A DNA stretch of 59,252 nt, counting the filler, from Squatina squatina (lineage: Eukaryota): NCBI GenBank assembly GCA_031763465.1. It is 4 parts of 4 records of this genome, joined end to end, with 100 filler letters (N's around TTAATTAATTAA, not from the genome) between each part and the next. Parts side by side here need not be neighbours in the genome. Positions count along the whole stretch, not along the records: positions 45,852 to 59,252 come from JARFOE010865288.1; 3 more parts are not named here. The stretch is one strand, 5' to 3'. Below are positions 49,551-59,252 of this stretch, in pieces; within the stretch, counting starts at the first letter, position 1; every line of letters starts with the position of its first letter. The position numbers and the translations under genes are program-made. Under the pieces are notes generated by a model. The model worked only from the letters and a program-made list of their open reading frames with translations, was not told the DNA's origin and made no database searches.

Positions 49551-51879
49551 GGATTGTACGATCTCAGTGGCATTGTTCATAGCGAATTCCAGTGTAGGGT
49601 GTAAATTTAACAAATGATGCACTAAGAAAGCGGAGAGACTGATTCTGGGAAACGGATGTGGGAATTTGAAGTATCTATGGGAGATCTGGGCTCACAGTGA
49701 AGTGCGCATACTGGAGAGAAAGACACAAAATCATGTGAAACCCCCCTCCCCCACCGGGGTCTTTCACCAACAGCCACTAACAGGTAAGGAAGGATGAAAG
49801 GGTTTTTATTCATTTTAAGAACATTTTTACTAATTTAGAAAAGTATGGCACTTGCATATCANNNNNNNNNNNNNNNNNNNNNNNNNNNNNNNNNNNNNNN
49901 NNNNNNNNNNNNNNNNNNNNNNNNNNNNNNNNNNNNNNNNNNNNNNNNNNNNNNNNNNNNNTAAGGAAGGATGAAAGGGTTTTTATTCATTTTAAGAACA
50001 TTTTTACTAATTTAGAAAAGTATGGCACTTGCATATCATTGGTAGTGTTTCAATTGAAGCGCATCATATACTATATTCTACCATTACAATACCCTAGAGA
50101 AGGTATAAAAGAACATCATTTAAGACTGGAATTGAGACTAAACATTCGGAGGATCTCAGCAATCTTCTGCGACAAGTGCCTCCTGCAGTTTCCTTGCTAA
50201 CCTTGCTTCTCTTTCTGGAGCCCGGTCATTCTGCTTTGCTGACTTTTCAAAATCAAGCAGGTCAGCCGAGTGCCGTCTCCCATAATGCACCTGTTGAGTT
50301 TGCGATTATGTCACGGGCGGATTACACGGCCAGAATGCAGCAGGGTCTCAGTGTAGGTCAGTCCCTTTAATTCTCAATTCTGCAATGCAGAAAAGCCCCA
50401 CCCCTACTCCTCCTTAGTCCTGTTCTTCAGTGCGGAGGTAAAGGACTGGACAAAGGATCCATCTGCTTCCTCAGCGTTAGTCTTGCAGGATAAAAAAAAA
50501 ATTAGAACTTTCCAACAGCGAGATCTCCACGACTTGGGAAGATACTTGGATTCCCAACACTGGAGATTCCGGTCAACACAACCCAACAGAATTTCTCTGC
50601 TCGTACTTCAATAGAGCGCCTCTAACTGGGCCTCCAGCTTCGGATTTGTTAATAGCAGGTACAGACACCACAGACTATCACATTACCAACGGGGAGGACG
50701 ATTGGTATCAATCAGCAAATTAACAAAATAATGCTAAATGATAGATTTTCTTTTATCATCTCCTAAACTGCAGTAATGTAGTGACAGCACTACTCAACTC
50801 AAAAGTATTTTTGATGCTCTTCATTTCTTTCGATATCATTTTCTTGCTTCCTTTATTATCTATCTTGATTGTCAAACTCCTCCCGTCGAAATTCATCAGC
50901 TTTCCTTTGCCTGTGTTACGCAGCCCACAGGTATTGCAGTTTGTTCACTGAAGATTATGTTTCTCATGTCATAAACCTTTGATAATATAGTTGTAAACTT
51001 CAGAGAAATCGGTTTGTGCTGAAGGACCCTCCTGGCAATTCAGTAAATAACGTACACGATACAGTGACAGAAGGAGCTGAAATATTCCGCCCGGCTTCCC
51101 TTCTAACTGTTAATTTGACATTTGGAACTTATAAACCTTTGAACTCCTTGCTGCAGTGAAGAATTTGTGCAATTTGTGCATTCTCCTCGTAAAATTAAGA
51201 CTGACATAATATCCGATTTTCTAAAGGTATAAAGCAGGATTTTCTATAATTTCTTCAAAACTGGAATTGTGACTTGCTGGAGTTTCCTGCATTCAGTTGT
51301 GTGACATATAATATGCAGAAATATCCTTTCTATGATTAGGTTGTCAGAAGTTTCAACATAATCAAAATGAGGTAAGCCTAACACTTCCTGTGATAGCAAT
51401 AATAGCTTTCAATTGAACGTTAATGCTCTGATATACAAGGGGCCATGCTCGAACAAAGGCGAGATCGGGATTTAGCCGAGTGCAGGATCCGACTGAAGGA
51501 AAGGGAACTGGAAGAGCAGGAGCCAAGATGATAAAGTGAGGGTGGAGATTTGAAATGATATTAACAGTGATTTGATAATACAGTTGAAGGAGGATATTGG
51601 ATCNNNNNNNNNNNNNNNNNNNNNNNNNNNNNNNNNNNNNNNNNNNNNNNNNNNNNNNNNNNNNNNNNNNNNNNNNNNNNNNNNNNNNNNNNNNNNNNNN
51701 NNNGATGATAAAGTGAGGGTGGAGATTTGAAATGATATTAACAGTGATTTGATAATACAGTTGAAGGAGGATATTGGATCAGTTTCAAAGCGAAATTGTT
51801 AAACATACTTAAAATGCATTCTGATGAATCTTACATTGTTCATCATTATATGTAAAAATGAAAGAATAATCGACTAAAC

Positions 51880-52808
51880 TGAGCAAAAAAGAGACCAAGG
51901 TAAGACTGGAGGGACCTGGATGTGAGGTCTCGGGCGGGGCTTCGCCCACAGCAAGTGAATGACCTGAAAATTCTCGACATGTCCAGAGACTGGGATAAAT
52001 CTCCGTGGAGGAGATATATCTGCAAAATTATGAGGGGTTTACAGTAAATAAGGAAGCATTGTATCGACTGGTCAGAGCATGCGTAATTAGGGGACACAGA
52101 TTTAAGGTAATTGGCCAATGATCCAGTGAGGAGATGAGTAGATTGATTTAAATAGTGAGATGTTTTTATCTGGAATGCATTGACTGAAAGGGTAACGGAA
52201 GCTCCTTCCTTTCACGACCTCAGGACGTAACAACGCGATTTACAGCCAATGAAGTCCTTTTTGAAGTATAATCACTGTTGTGGTGCAGGTTGTGGGACAG
52301 CTAATTTGAGCACAACGAGCTTCCACAAACAGCAGTAAGATAATGGCCACAGTGTTTTAGTGATGCGGGTTGAGGGAGGAACATTGACCAGAACACTGTG
52401 GAGAACTCCGCTGCTCCTCTTTGAAATAGTGCTGAGGGGTATTTTGCGTTCTCCCGACAGGGCAGACGGGGCCTCAGTTTAAAGTCCCATCTGAAAGATG
52501 GCACCTGAGACAGTGCAGTATTCCCTCAGTAGTGCAATGAAATGTCAGCATAGGTTTCGTGTTCATGTCTCTGGAGCGATCTATTGCCCACTAATATCTG
52601 ACTCAGAGGTGAGACTGCTACCGCAGTACCACTGCTGGCATCCTTATAAAAGTACTAATTTCAGAAGGGAGTTGGAGATATACTTGAAAAGGAATGTTTT
52701 CCTGGGCTGTGAGGAACGAGCAGGGGATTCGGATTCCTAGTCCAAAGAGTCTGGAGAGGCACGACAGGTCGATTGATCTCCTTCTGCGCTTTCTGATATT
52801 CTGATTCT
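51880..52808 (+). mobile_element. Old CR1-clade LINE 3' end interrupted by a DeuSINE
   Basis: aaaattatgaggggttt..aggggacacagatttaaggtaattggc..ctggaatgcattgactgaaagggt before the SINE; agggagttggagatatacttgaa..ctccttctgcgct..ttctgattct after it. Confidence 0.7.
52208..52640 (-). mobile_element. DeuSINE, near full length, nested in a CR1 3' end
   Basis: cctttcacgacctcaggacg..tttacagccaatgaagt..gaaatagtgc..ggcagacggggcctcagtttaa..ctgactcagaggtgaga; TCCTT on both flanks. Confidence 0.82.
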
Positions 52809-53324
52809 CTACTGCTTGTGTTGCCCACTATCCTCCGCCCATTAATGTCAAATGAATGAAAGCTGAGGAAGAGCAACAATAATTCGCCAATACTTCGCCC
52901 ACTGTGCATGTGAGAGATTCGGGCAGTTGTGCATGTCTGGGACATCGCAGCATTGGAGTAAACAAGTGGCAAGTAGTTAAGAAATTGTTCGTGACTGGAA
53001 TTAAAAGAGAATAAGAGGCAGCGTGTGTCATAATGTAGGAGGCGACATTAACGATTTAAAAAAGCTTGTTAGTTATCCAAGCAATCTAGCAGGTGTGCAG
53101 TAAGGACTGGCAAAGGCCGTTTGTTAAATACTCGAGGAAGAACAAAGTGAACCATTGGTGCGTGTATGAGAGGCAGTGATAAAGTGGGTTTTAAATGTAG
53201 TTGCAATGTTCAATTATATAAAATGGGAATCTGGAAACCCTGGACGCAGCCAATGTGGGATAAAGGAATGCGAGCTGACAGGAGGGAAAGTTTACTGACA
53301 TTGTTGCGAGTTTCAACATTACAG

Positions 53325-54283
53325 CTATTAACAATATATATCAATGATTTGGATGAGGGAATTAAATGTAATATTTCCAAGTTTGCAAACAACACAAAGC
53401 TGAGTGGGAGTGGGAGCTGTGAGGAGGATGCAAAGAGGCTCCAGTGTGATTTGGACAGGTTGAGTCAGTGGGTAAATGCATGGCAGATGCAGTATAACGT
53501 ACATAAATGTGAGTTTATCCACTTTGGTGGCAAAAGAAGGAAGGCGGATTATTATCTGAATGGTGATAGTTTGGGAACGGGGGTGGTGCAACGATACCTG
53601 GTTGTCATTGTGCACCAGTCGCTGAAAGCAAGCATGCAGATGCAGCAAGTTGTTAAGAAGGCGAATGGTATGTTGGCCTTCATTGCAAGAGGATTTGAGT
53701 ACAGGAGCAAGAATGTCTTACTGCAATTATATAAGGCCTTGATGAGACCCCACCTTAGTATTGTGTGCAGTTTTGATCTCCTTATCTGAGAAAGGATGTT
53801 CTTGCCATTGAGGGAGTGCAGCGACGGTTCAACAGACTGACTCCTGGGATGGAAGGACTGACGTATGAAGAGAAATTGGGTCGATTAGGCTTATAATCGC
53901 TAGAGTTTAGAAGAATGAGAGGGGATCTAATGGAAACCTATAAAATTCTAACAGGAATAGACAGACTGGATGCAGGAAGGATGTTCCCAATGGCAGGGGA
54001 GTCCAGAACCAGGGGTCACAGTCTAAGGATACAGGGTATGCCATTTAGAAGCAAGATGAGGAGAAATTTATTTGCTCAGTGTGTGGTGAACCTGTGGAAT
54101 TCTCCACTACAGAAGGCAGTGGAGGCCAATCATTAAATATATTCAAAAAGGAGTTGGATATAATTCTTAATGCTCAAGGGATCAAGGGATATGGGGAGAA
54201 ACCGGGAACAGGGTACTGAATTAAATGATCAGCAATGACTCTATTGGATGGCCTACTCCTGCTTCTATTTTCTATGTTTCTAC
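53325..54283 (+). mobile_element. CR1-clade LINE, 5'-truncated (RT C-terminus plus 3' UTR), inactive
   Basis: IYINDLDEGIKCNISKFANNTKL (catalytic ADD changed to ANN)..WQMQYNVHKC..KKANGMLAFIARGFEYRS..MRGDLMETYKIL; frameshifts; tail ttctatgtttcta. Confidence 0.92.
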
Positions 54284-55956
54284 ATTTCCTCCATTAGAGA
54301 AGATTGCTAAGGATCCGGAAGTGGCTGAAATAATCACAGTGTTTAAAATAAGGCAAGGGCATATCTAGTGGGTGAGCACATGGGAAAAGAGCAATGTAAA
54401 AGGGAATTATATTTGTTTAAGGGGCAATGTGCCATCTTCGCTAACTTTCTGGAGTTGCTGAATCATATTACTCACCTGTAGCACGGGGGAAATGCAGTTG
54501 GTGTCACCCAGGGGGATTTTAGCGAAGCAGTGGACAAGATTCCACGTTTAAAAATGGTGAAAAATTAAGGGATAGAGTGGGAGATCTGGCACTGCATAAA
54601 TAGCTAATTACAAAATCAAAGTAGTTTATCGAAAAATGGGAACCTGTAAGGAGCGGGTGACTATTGAACCTGTGGGATCTTCTTGGTACCAGTGTATTTT
54701 TAAAATTTTTTAAATAGAATCTGAAAGATGGAGAGAGTACGTTGGAGACAAAAGAATGAAAATGATGCCAATATAGCTCACACTAATAAAGCACAAGAAT
54801 GGACTGGGCGGGAGTAGGACATTTGACCCATTGTGCATGTACTGCGTTATTTGACACGGTAACCAAAAATTATCTGCATTGTCCTCTCTGTCCACAGCCA
54901 TTTACCTTCCTCTGTTTCGAAAACTTGCCTAATTTTCATGTAACTATTCCCTGAGGGAAAAAAAAAACATGTCATGCTCCAGCAAAGCTTTGCATATAGA
55001 TAGTTTTGCTCACCTCTCTGCTCATTCACTTTGTGGCCATTTAAGTCGATCACTTTTTATCACTTTGACGAAACTGTTGACATCTTTTTTACACCTCTAT
55101 TTAATGTCCTTTTAGCTATCGCTGTTTCAGTGCAATAGTCCCAATATCATGCCACTCACCATCAGTATAGTTCTGATAGATGTCGCCATCCTGGTGTATC
55201 AATATTATCCACTCTTAATGGATTTCATGGCCTTCCCAAATTGAAGGACCGAAGTACTACCTGATGTTCTATTGCTGGCCTCGCCGGCAATTTGTAAAGA
55301 GGCTCAACATCAATTGTTTATTCTTTTTGTGTATGCCCCTGGCTTTCAAGCACTATTTACTGCTTCTGTTCTAATGTATTAATCCACCTTTGAGTGTCTG
55401 CTCCCATTCCTTGGCTTTTCCCATACAATCAGGCGAGATGCAAAGGTGAACAATATGTAACTCATGCAATGTTGCTGGTACTTTTCAATTATTATTTGGA
55501 ACAATGTGCCACCGTATAAGAAGACGACAATGACCAAAGATTCCTCTGACCATCTGCAAATGTTCATCCAAACACCGAATTTGAATATCAGTTGTATTAT
55601 ATCTCAATTTCTGGCAGAGATTTCTTTCAGCGATAACATGCATCAACTGTAATGTTAATAACTCGATGAAAATCATTAATTTACATTTCTTTGCCATTTT
55701 GTTTGAAAGACTGATTGAGACAGAATGTTAATCTTGTTACTGATGATACTTTTATTGACTGCACAAAACAAGAGCAGTCTCCATCTTTGTGCTGAGTGAG
55801 AGACCACAGCCGGTGTCGAATCGAGATTTTAAGTCAGTGTCTGGAACAAAACAGATGAGCTGAGTACCGACTGTTTCCTCCATTCTAACACAGATTTATT
55901 TGTTAACGAGGAATAATGTCTGATGGAAAGACTCACACCTGCAATATTCACACCAA

Positions 55957-56580
55957 CATAAAACCATAAGAAATTGGAGCAGGAGTTGGCCATTCGGCCC
56001 CATAGACCCTGCTCCCCCATTCAATTAGTTCATGGCTGATCTGATCTTTTCCTCAGCTCCTCTTTGCTGCTTGTTCCTCATAACCTTTGATCCTTCTGTA
56101 GTTCAAATATCTGTCTACTTCAGCCTTAAATATATTCAATGCCTCAGTTCCACAATTCTCTGGGTTAACGAATTACAAAGATTCATGATGCTCTGACAGA
56201 AGAAATTATTTCTCAGCTCCATCTTAAATGGGCCACACTTTATTCTAAAACTTTATCCCCAAGTTAAAATTCCCCCATGAGGGCAAACACCCTCTCAGCA
56301 CATCCCCTGTCAAACACCCTCAGAATTTTGTGTTTCAAAATACCACCTCTCAATCTTCTAAACTTCAATGAATAAAGGCCCAACTTGGTCAACCTTTCCT
56401 CATAAGACCAGCTCTTCACCCCAGGAATCAACCTAGTGAATCTTCCCTGAAATTCCTCCAGTGTACAAATATCCCTCCTTAAATAAGCAGATGAAAACTG
56501 TAGGCAGTCCCCTGTGGAGCTGTAATAAGACGTCCCTAGTTTTATACTCCATCCTCCTAGCACAGATGGCCAAACATCCC
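55957..56580 (-). mobile_element. CR1-clade LINE 3' end
   Basis: Reversed tail cataaaaccataagaaattggagcaggag; minus ORF includes RFTRLIPGVKSWSYEERLTKLGLYSLKFRRLRGG. Confidence 0.88.
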
Positions 56581-56980
56581 GGAAATGAACAATATCACTG
56601 ATCACAAGAACCATAAGTTTTTCAGCATCGAATTAAACTTTATTGTTGAGTTTAAAGTGCCGCATCCAATCCCAGTGTGTGCAGTGTAAGGTCGATTCCT
56701 CTGTGATCCACATGCCCGACTCCACTGCTAAACCTCGGCATTGTTAACTTTGATCCCTGATCGAGAACTGTACAAATTTTGCAGGAATATTTTATGCTTA
56801 ATCAGTAAAATGTGTGAAACACTAAAGCAATGCAAAAATGAAATGTATGCTACCAAACATAAGAAATGTTCACACAAGAAATCTCCCATTCTTCACATTA
56901 CCAAAAAGAAGGATGGTTTACAGTGGAGGCAGAGTTGAGATTGAGCTGTAAAATTCCGATTGCCTCAGTTACATTTATTC

Positions 56981-57885
56981 TCATTTTCCAACTAATCTTA
57001 GAATAAAAGTCCGGGGATATTTTGCCACATTCTTCAGCTCTCCTCTGAATTTTCTCTGGGTCGCTGCATAAATACACGTGTTTGGAGAGGAACTCAAATA
57101 CCTGAGCATGGCCCCGGTTTCAGTGGCGATATATCCAGGGTCTGTGAGTTCACCTCGGTAATAATTGGTGTTTGTCAGTCTGGTTATTACCAAACTCATG
57201 GCAGTTGTCAGCCACAACAGTATAAAACAGCCCGATATAGTGAAGAGTAAAATGATGGATCTCCTTCGGTTCTCCGTCTGTGGATCACTCTGATTCTCAA
57301 TCATATGACCTCGGAGTCCTCTGCGGGCTCTATTGGCCAATAAAATACGTCTGACTGTCAAATAATTAAACAAGGCGATTAATGTAAAAGGAAGCCATAC
57401 AACCCAGGCACTGTGAAACCAGACGTACGCTATACCTGGAGATGAGGAAAAAAACGCCATACTGGACTGGCAGCCCCACTGCACCTTGTTAATGATTTGC
57501 TCACTTTCAAAGGCAAACAAAATGGGGATGGCTTTTACCAAGATTAGGAGCGCGACCGTTGTTATAACCCGGACTGCAGTTCTCTCGGTGCAATACCTTG
57601 CTTTAAACTTCTGGCAGCAGATAACTACAAATCGGTCAAATGTGAAGGACACGGTGAACCAAACAGACAAATCGAGGGTGACAACAGTCATGTACAAAAT
57701 GAATCTACACACGGGAGTGTAGGACAGGAAAGAAAGTGGAAAGTGGTAACTGAAAATATAATAGATAATTACATTGATGATCATGACCAGTAGGTCTGCT
57801 GTTGCCATGGCCACCATGTAGACAGAGATACACTTGGAAAGGCCGCAGTTTCCTCGAGAGAGAATCACAATTGTCACCAAGTTCG
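56981..57885 (-). CDS. GPR139/GPR142-like class A orphan GPCR, main exon (late TM1 to C-terminus); exon 1 not in window
   Basis: Strong acceptor ctctctctttcttacag|CG at 57885 (phase 1, ANLVTIVILSR). Uninterrupted ~300-codon frame with TM2 MATADLLV, TM3 Cys plus SVWFTVSFTFDRFVVIC, TM5 WLPF, TM6 FILLW, TM7 PNTCIY and helix-8 KFR. Stop TGA at 56983-56981. Confidence 0.88.
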
Positions 57886-57924
57886 CTGTAAGAAAGAGAG
57901 AGGAGATAAATAATGTTCCATTAC

Positions 57925-59090
57925 AAAAGCAAAACTATTGAGATGCTGTAATCTGAAATAATAACAGAAAATGCTGTACATACCCAGCAGGTCAGGCAGC
58001 ATCTGTGGAGAGAGAAACAGAGTTAACGTTTCAGGCCTGTGATTCTGCATCAGAAATGGAAAATGTTAGAGATGAAACAGGTTCTCCTGAAGGTAGGCAT
58101 TCCGTTCACTCCACTAGCCTCTGCGTTCAACGGATCATCTTCCGCCATTTCGGCCACCTCCAGTGGGACCCGACCACCAAACACAACTTCCCCTCCCCTC
58201 CCCTTTCAGAATTTCCAAGCACTGCTCTGTCGGTGACACCCTGGTCCACACCTCCATCACCTCTAGCACCCCCTCCCCTTCAAACGCACCTTCCCCTGCA
58301 AGGGCAGGATATGCTAGACCTGTCCTTTTCCTTCCTCCCTTCCCACTGCCCAGGGCCCCAAACACTGGTTCCAGATAAGACAGCGATTTACTTGTACATC
58401 TTTCAATTTATTATACTGTATTCGCTGCTCAGGATGTTGCCTCTGCATTGTGGAGATGAAACACAGATTGGGTGGCTGCTTTGTAGAACAGCTCCATTCA
58501 GTCCGTAAGTGTGACCCCGAGCTTCCTGTCGCTTGTCACTTTACTTCCCTGCTGCATTCCCGCTCTGATCTCTCTGTCCTCGCCCTCTTACACTGTTCCA
58601 CTGTAGCTCAACGTGAGCTCGAGGAACAGCACGTTTTCTTGGCTTTAGGCACATCACAGCCTTCTGGGCTCAGCATCGAGTTCAACAATTTCAAACCATA
58701 ACCTTTCCCCTATATTTAAAAACAATATTTAGTTATTTTCTGTATTTCTTTCCCTCCAGCGGCAGCTGTTGATGACTCTGCCACCTCCAATCACAACCTA
58801 TCTACGGACATCTTTTAGTTCTTAACGTGCTCTTTATCATCTCTTTATTGCGTTGCACCATCTCATAATATCTTTTAAACACTTCTGCCTTTCACTCTAT
58901 CACAGACATTCCCTTGTGTTCCTTTCCCCCTATTCCCTTTCCCTGCCACTGCACTTGCTTAAAAACCTGTTTCATCATTAACTATTTCCAGTTCTGATGA
59001 AGATTCATCGATCTGAAGTGTTCACTCTCTTCCTCTCACCACACATGCTGCTCGACCTGCTGAATAATGTTCAGGTATCTGATTGAAATA
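57925..59090 (+). mobile_element. Penelope-like element (GIY-YIG endonuclease relic) with an inverted copy of its 3' end at the left
   Basis: About 58351-58550 reads QGPKHWFQIRQRFTCTSFNLLYCIRCSGCCLCIVEMKHRLGGCFVEQLHSVRKCDPELPVACHF (decayed VYCIRC..LYIGETKR..R..EH). 57965-58062 is the reverse complement of 58985-59080. Confidence 0.85.
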
Positions 59091-59252
59091 TATTTAAGAA
59101 TCGGGCCAAAATGGTGGATACTTTTGAGGCCAGGAACAAAATGGTGGACAAGGGTCAGGAATTTAAAAACGCAAACTACGAACTGGCAGGTGGTGAAAAA
59201 CCTGCAGACTCCTGTCAATCAACAGAGACAATACGTATGGTAATTAGACACT

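Noticed and set aside
53166-53789. 207-aa RT-like ORF as a functional gene
   Set aside because: It is a 5'-truncated CR1 with the catalytic DD mutated to NN and downstream frameshifts.
55128-55146. miR-301/130-like CAGTGCAATAGT
   Set aside because: Only 12 nt match and no precursor hairpin.
55149-55244. Hydrophobic mini-ORF MPLTISIVLIDVAILVYQYYPLL.. resembling a GPCR exon 1
   Set aside because: It is on the wrong strand and side for the GPCR, has no splice donor, and ends in a stop.

Overview
Draft-assembly vertebrate genomic DNA, most likely a cartilaginous fish (shark or ray), judged from its DeuSINE/SacSINE1-type SINEs, CR1/L2 LINEs, Penelope-like elements, a 67-bp satellite and a GPR139-like receptor. 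The window is not one locus. Three artificial 100-bp spacers (44 N + TTAATTAATTAA + 44 N) join four apparently unrelated scaffolds. (A) 1-13969: CpG-retaining non-coding DNA with a well-spaced GC-box/CCAAT/TATA/Inr promoter and a short first exon of an unidentified gene. (B) 14070-32852: part of a ZFHX4-like zinc-finger/homeobox gene on the minus strand (one 120-nt exon and the ~5.5-kb exon with four homeodomains), showing ZFHX3-like patches, a (QA)19 repeat, an apparent frameshift and a chimeric segment. (C) 32953-45751: the tail-to-tail 3' ends of CBARP (+) and STK11/LKB1 (-). (D) 45852-59252: repeat-rich DNA with a GPR139-like GPCR exon (-) and a Penelope-like element whose inverted ends carry decayed hammerhead-ribozyme motifs. 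No prokaryotic features, CRISPR arrays, tRNA or rRNA genes were seen. I found no clearly new biological system, and several oddities are best explained as assembly artefacts. Homology calls rest on recalled reference sequences, not database searches, and repeat boundaries are approximate.
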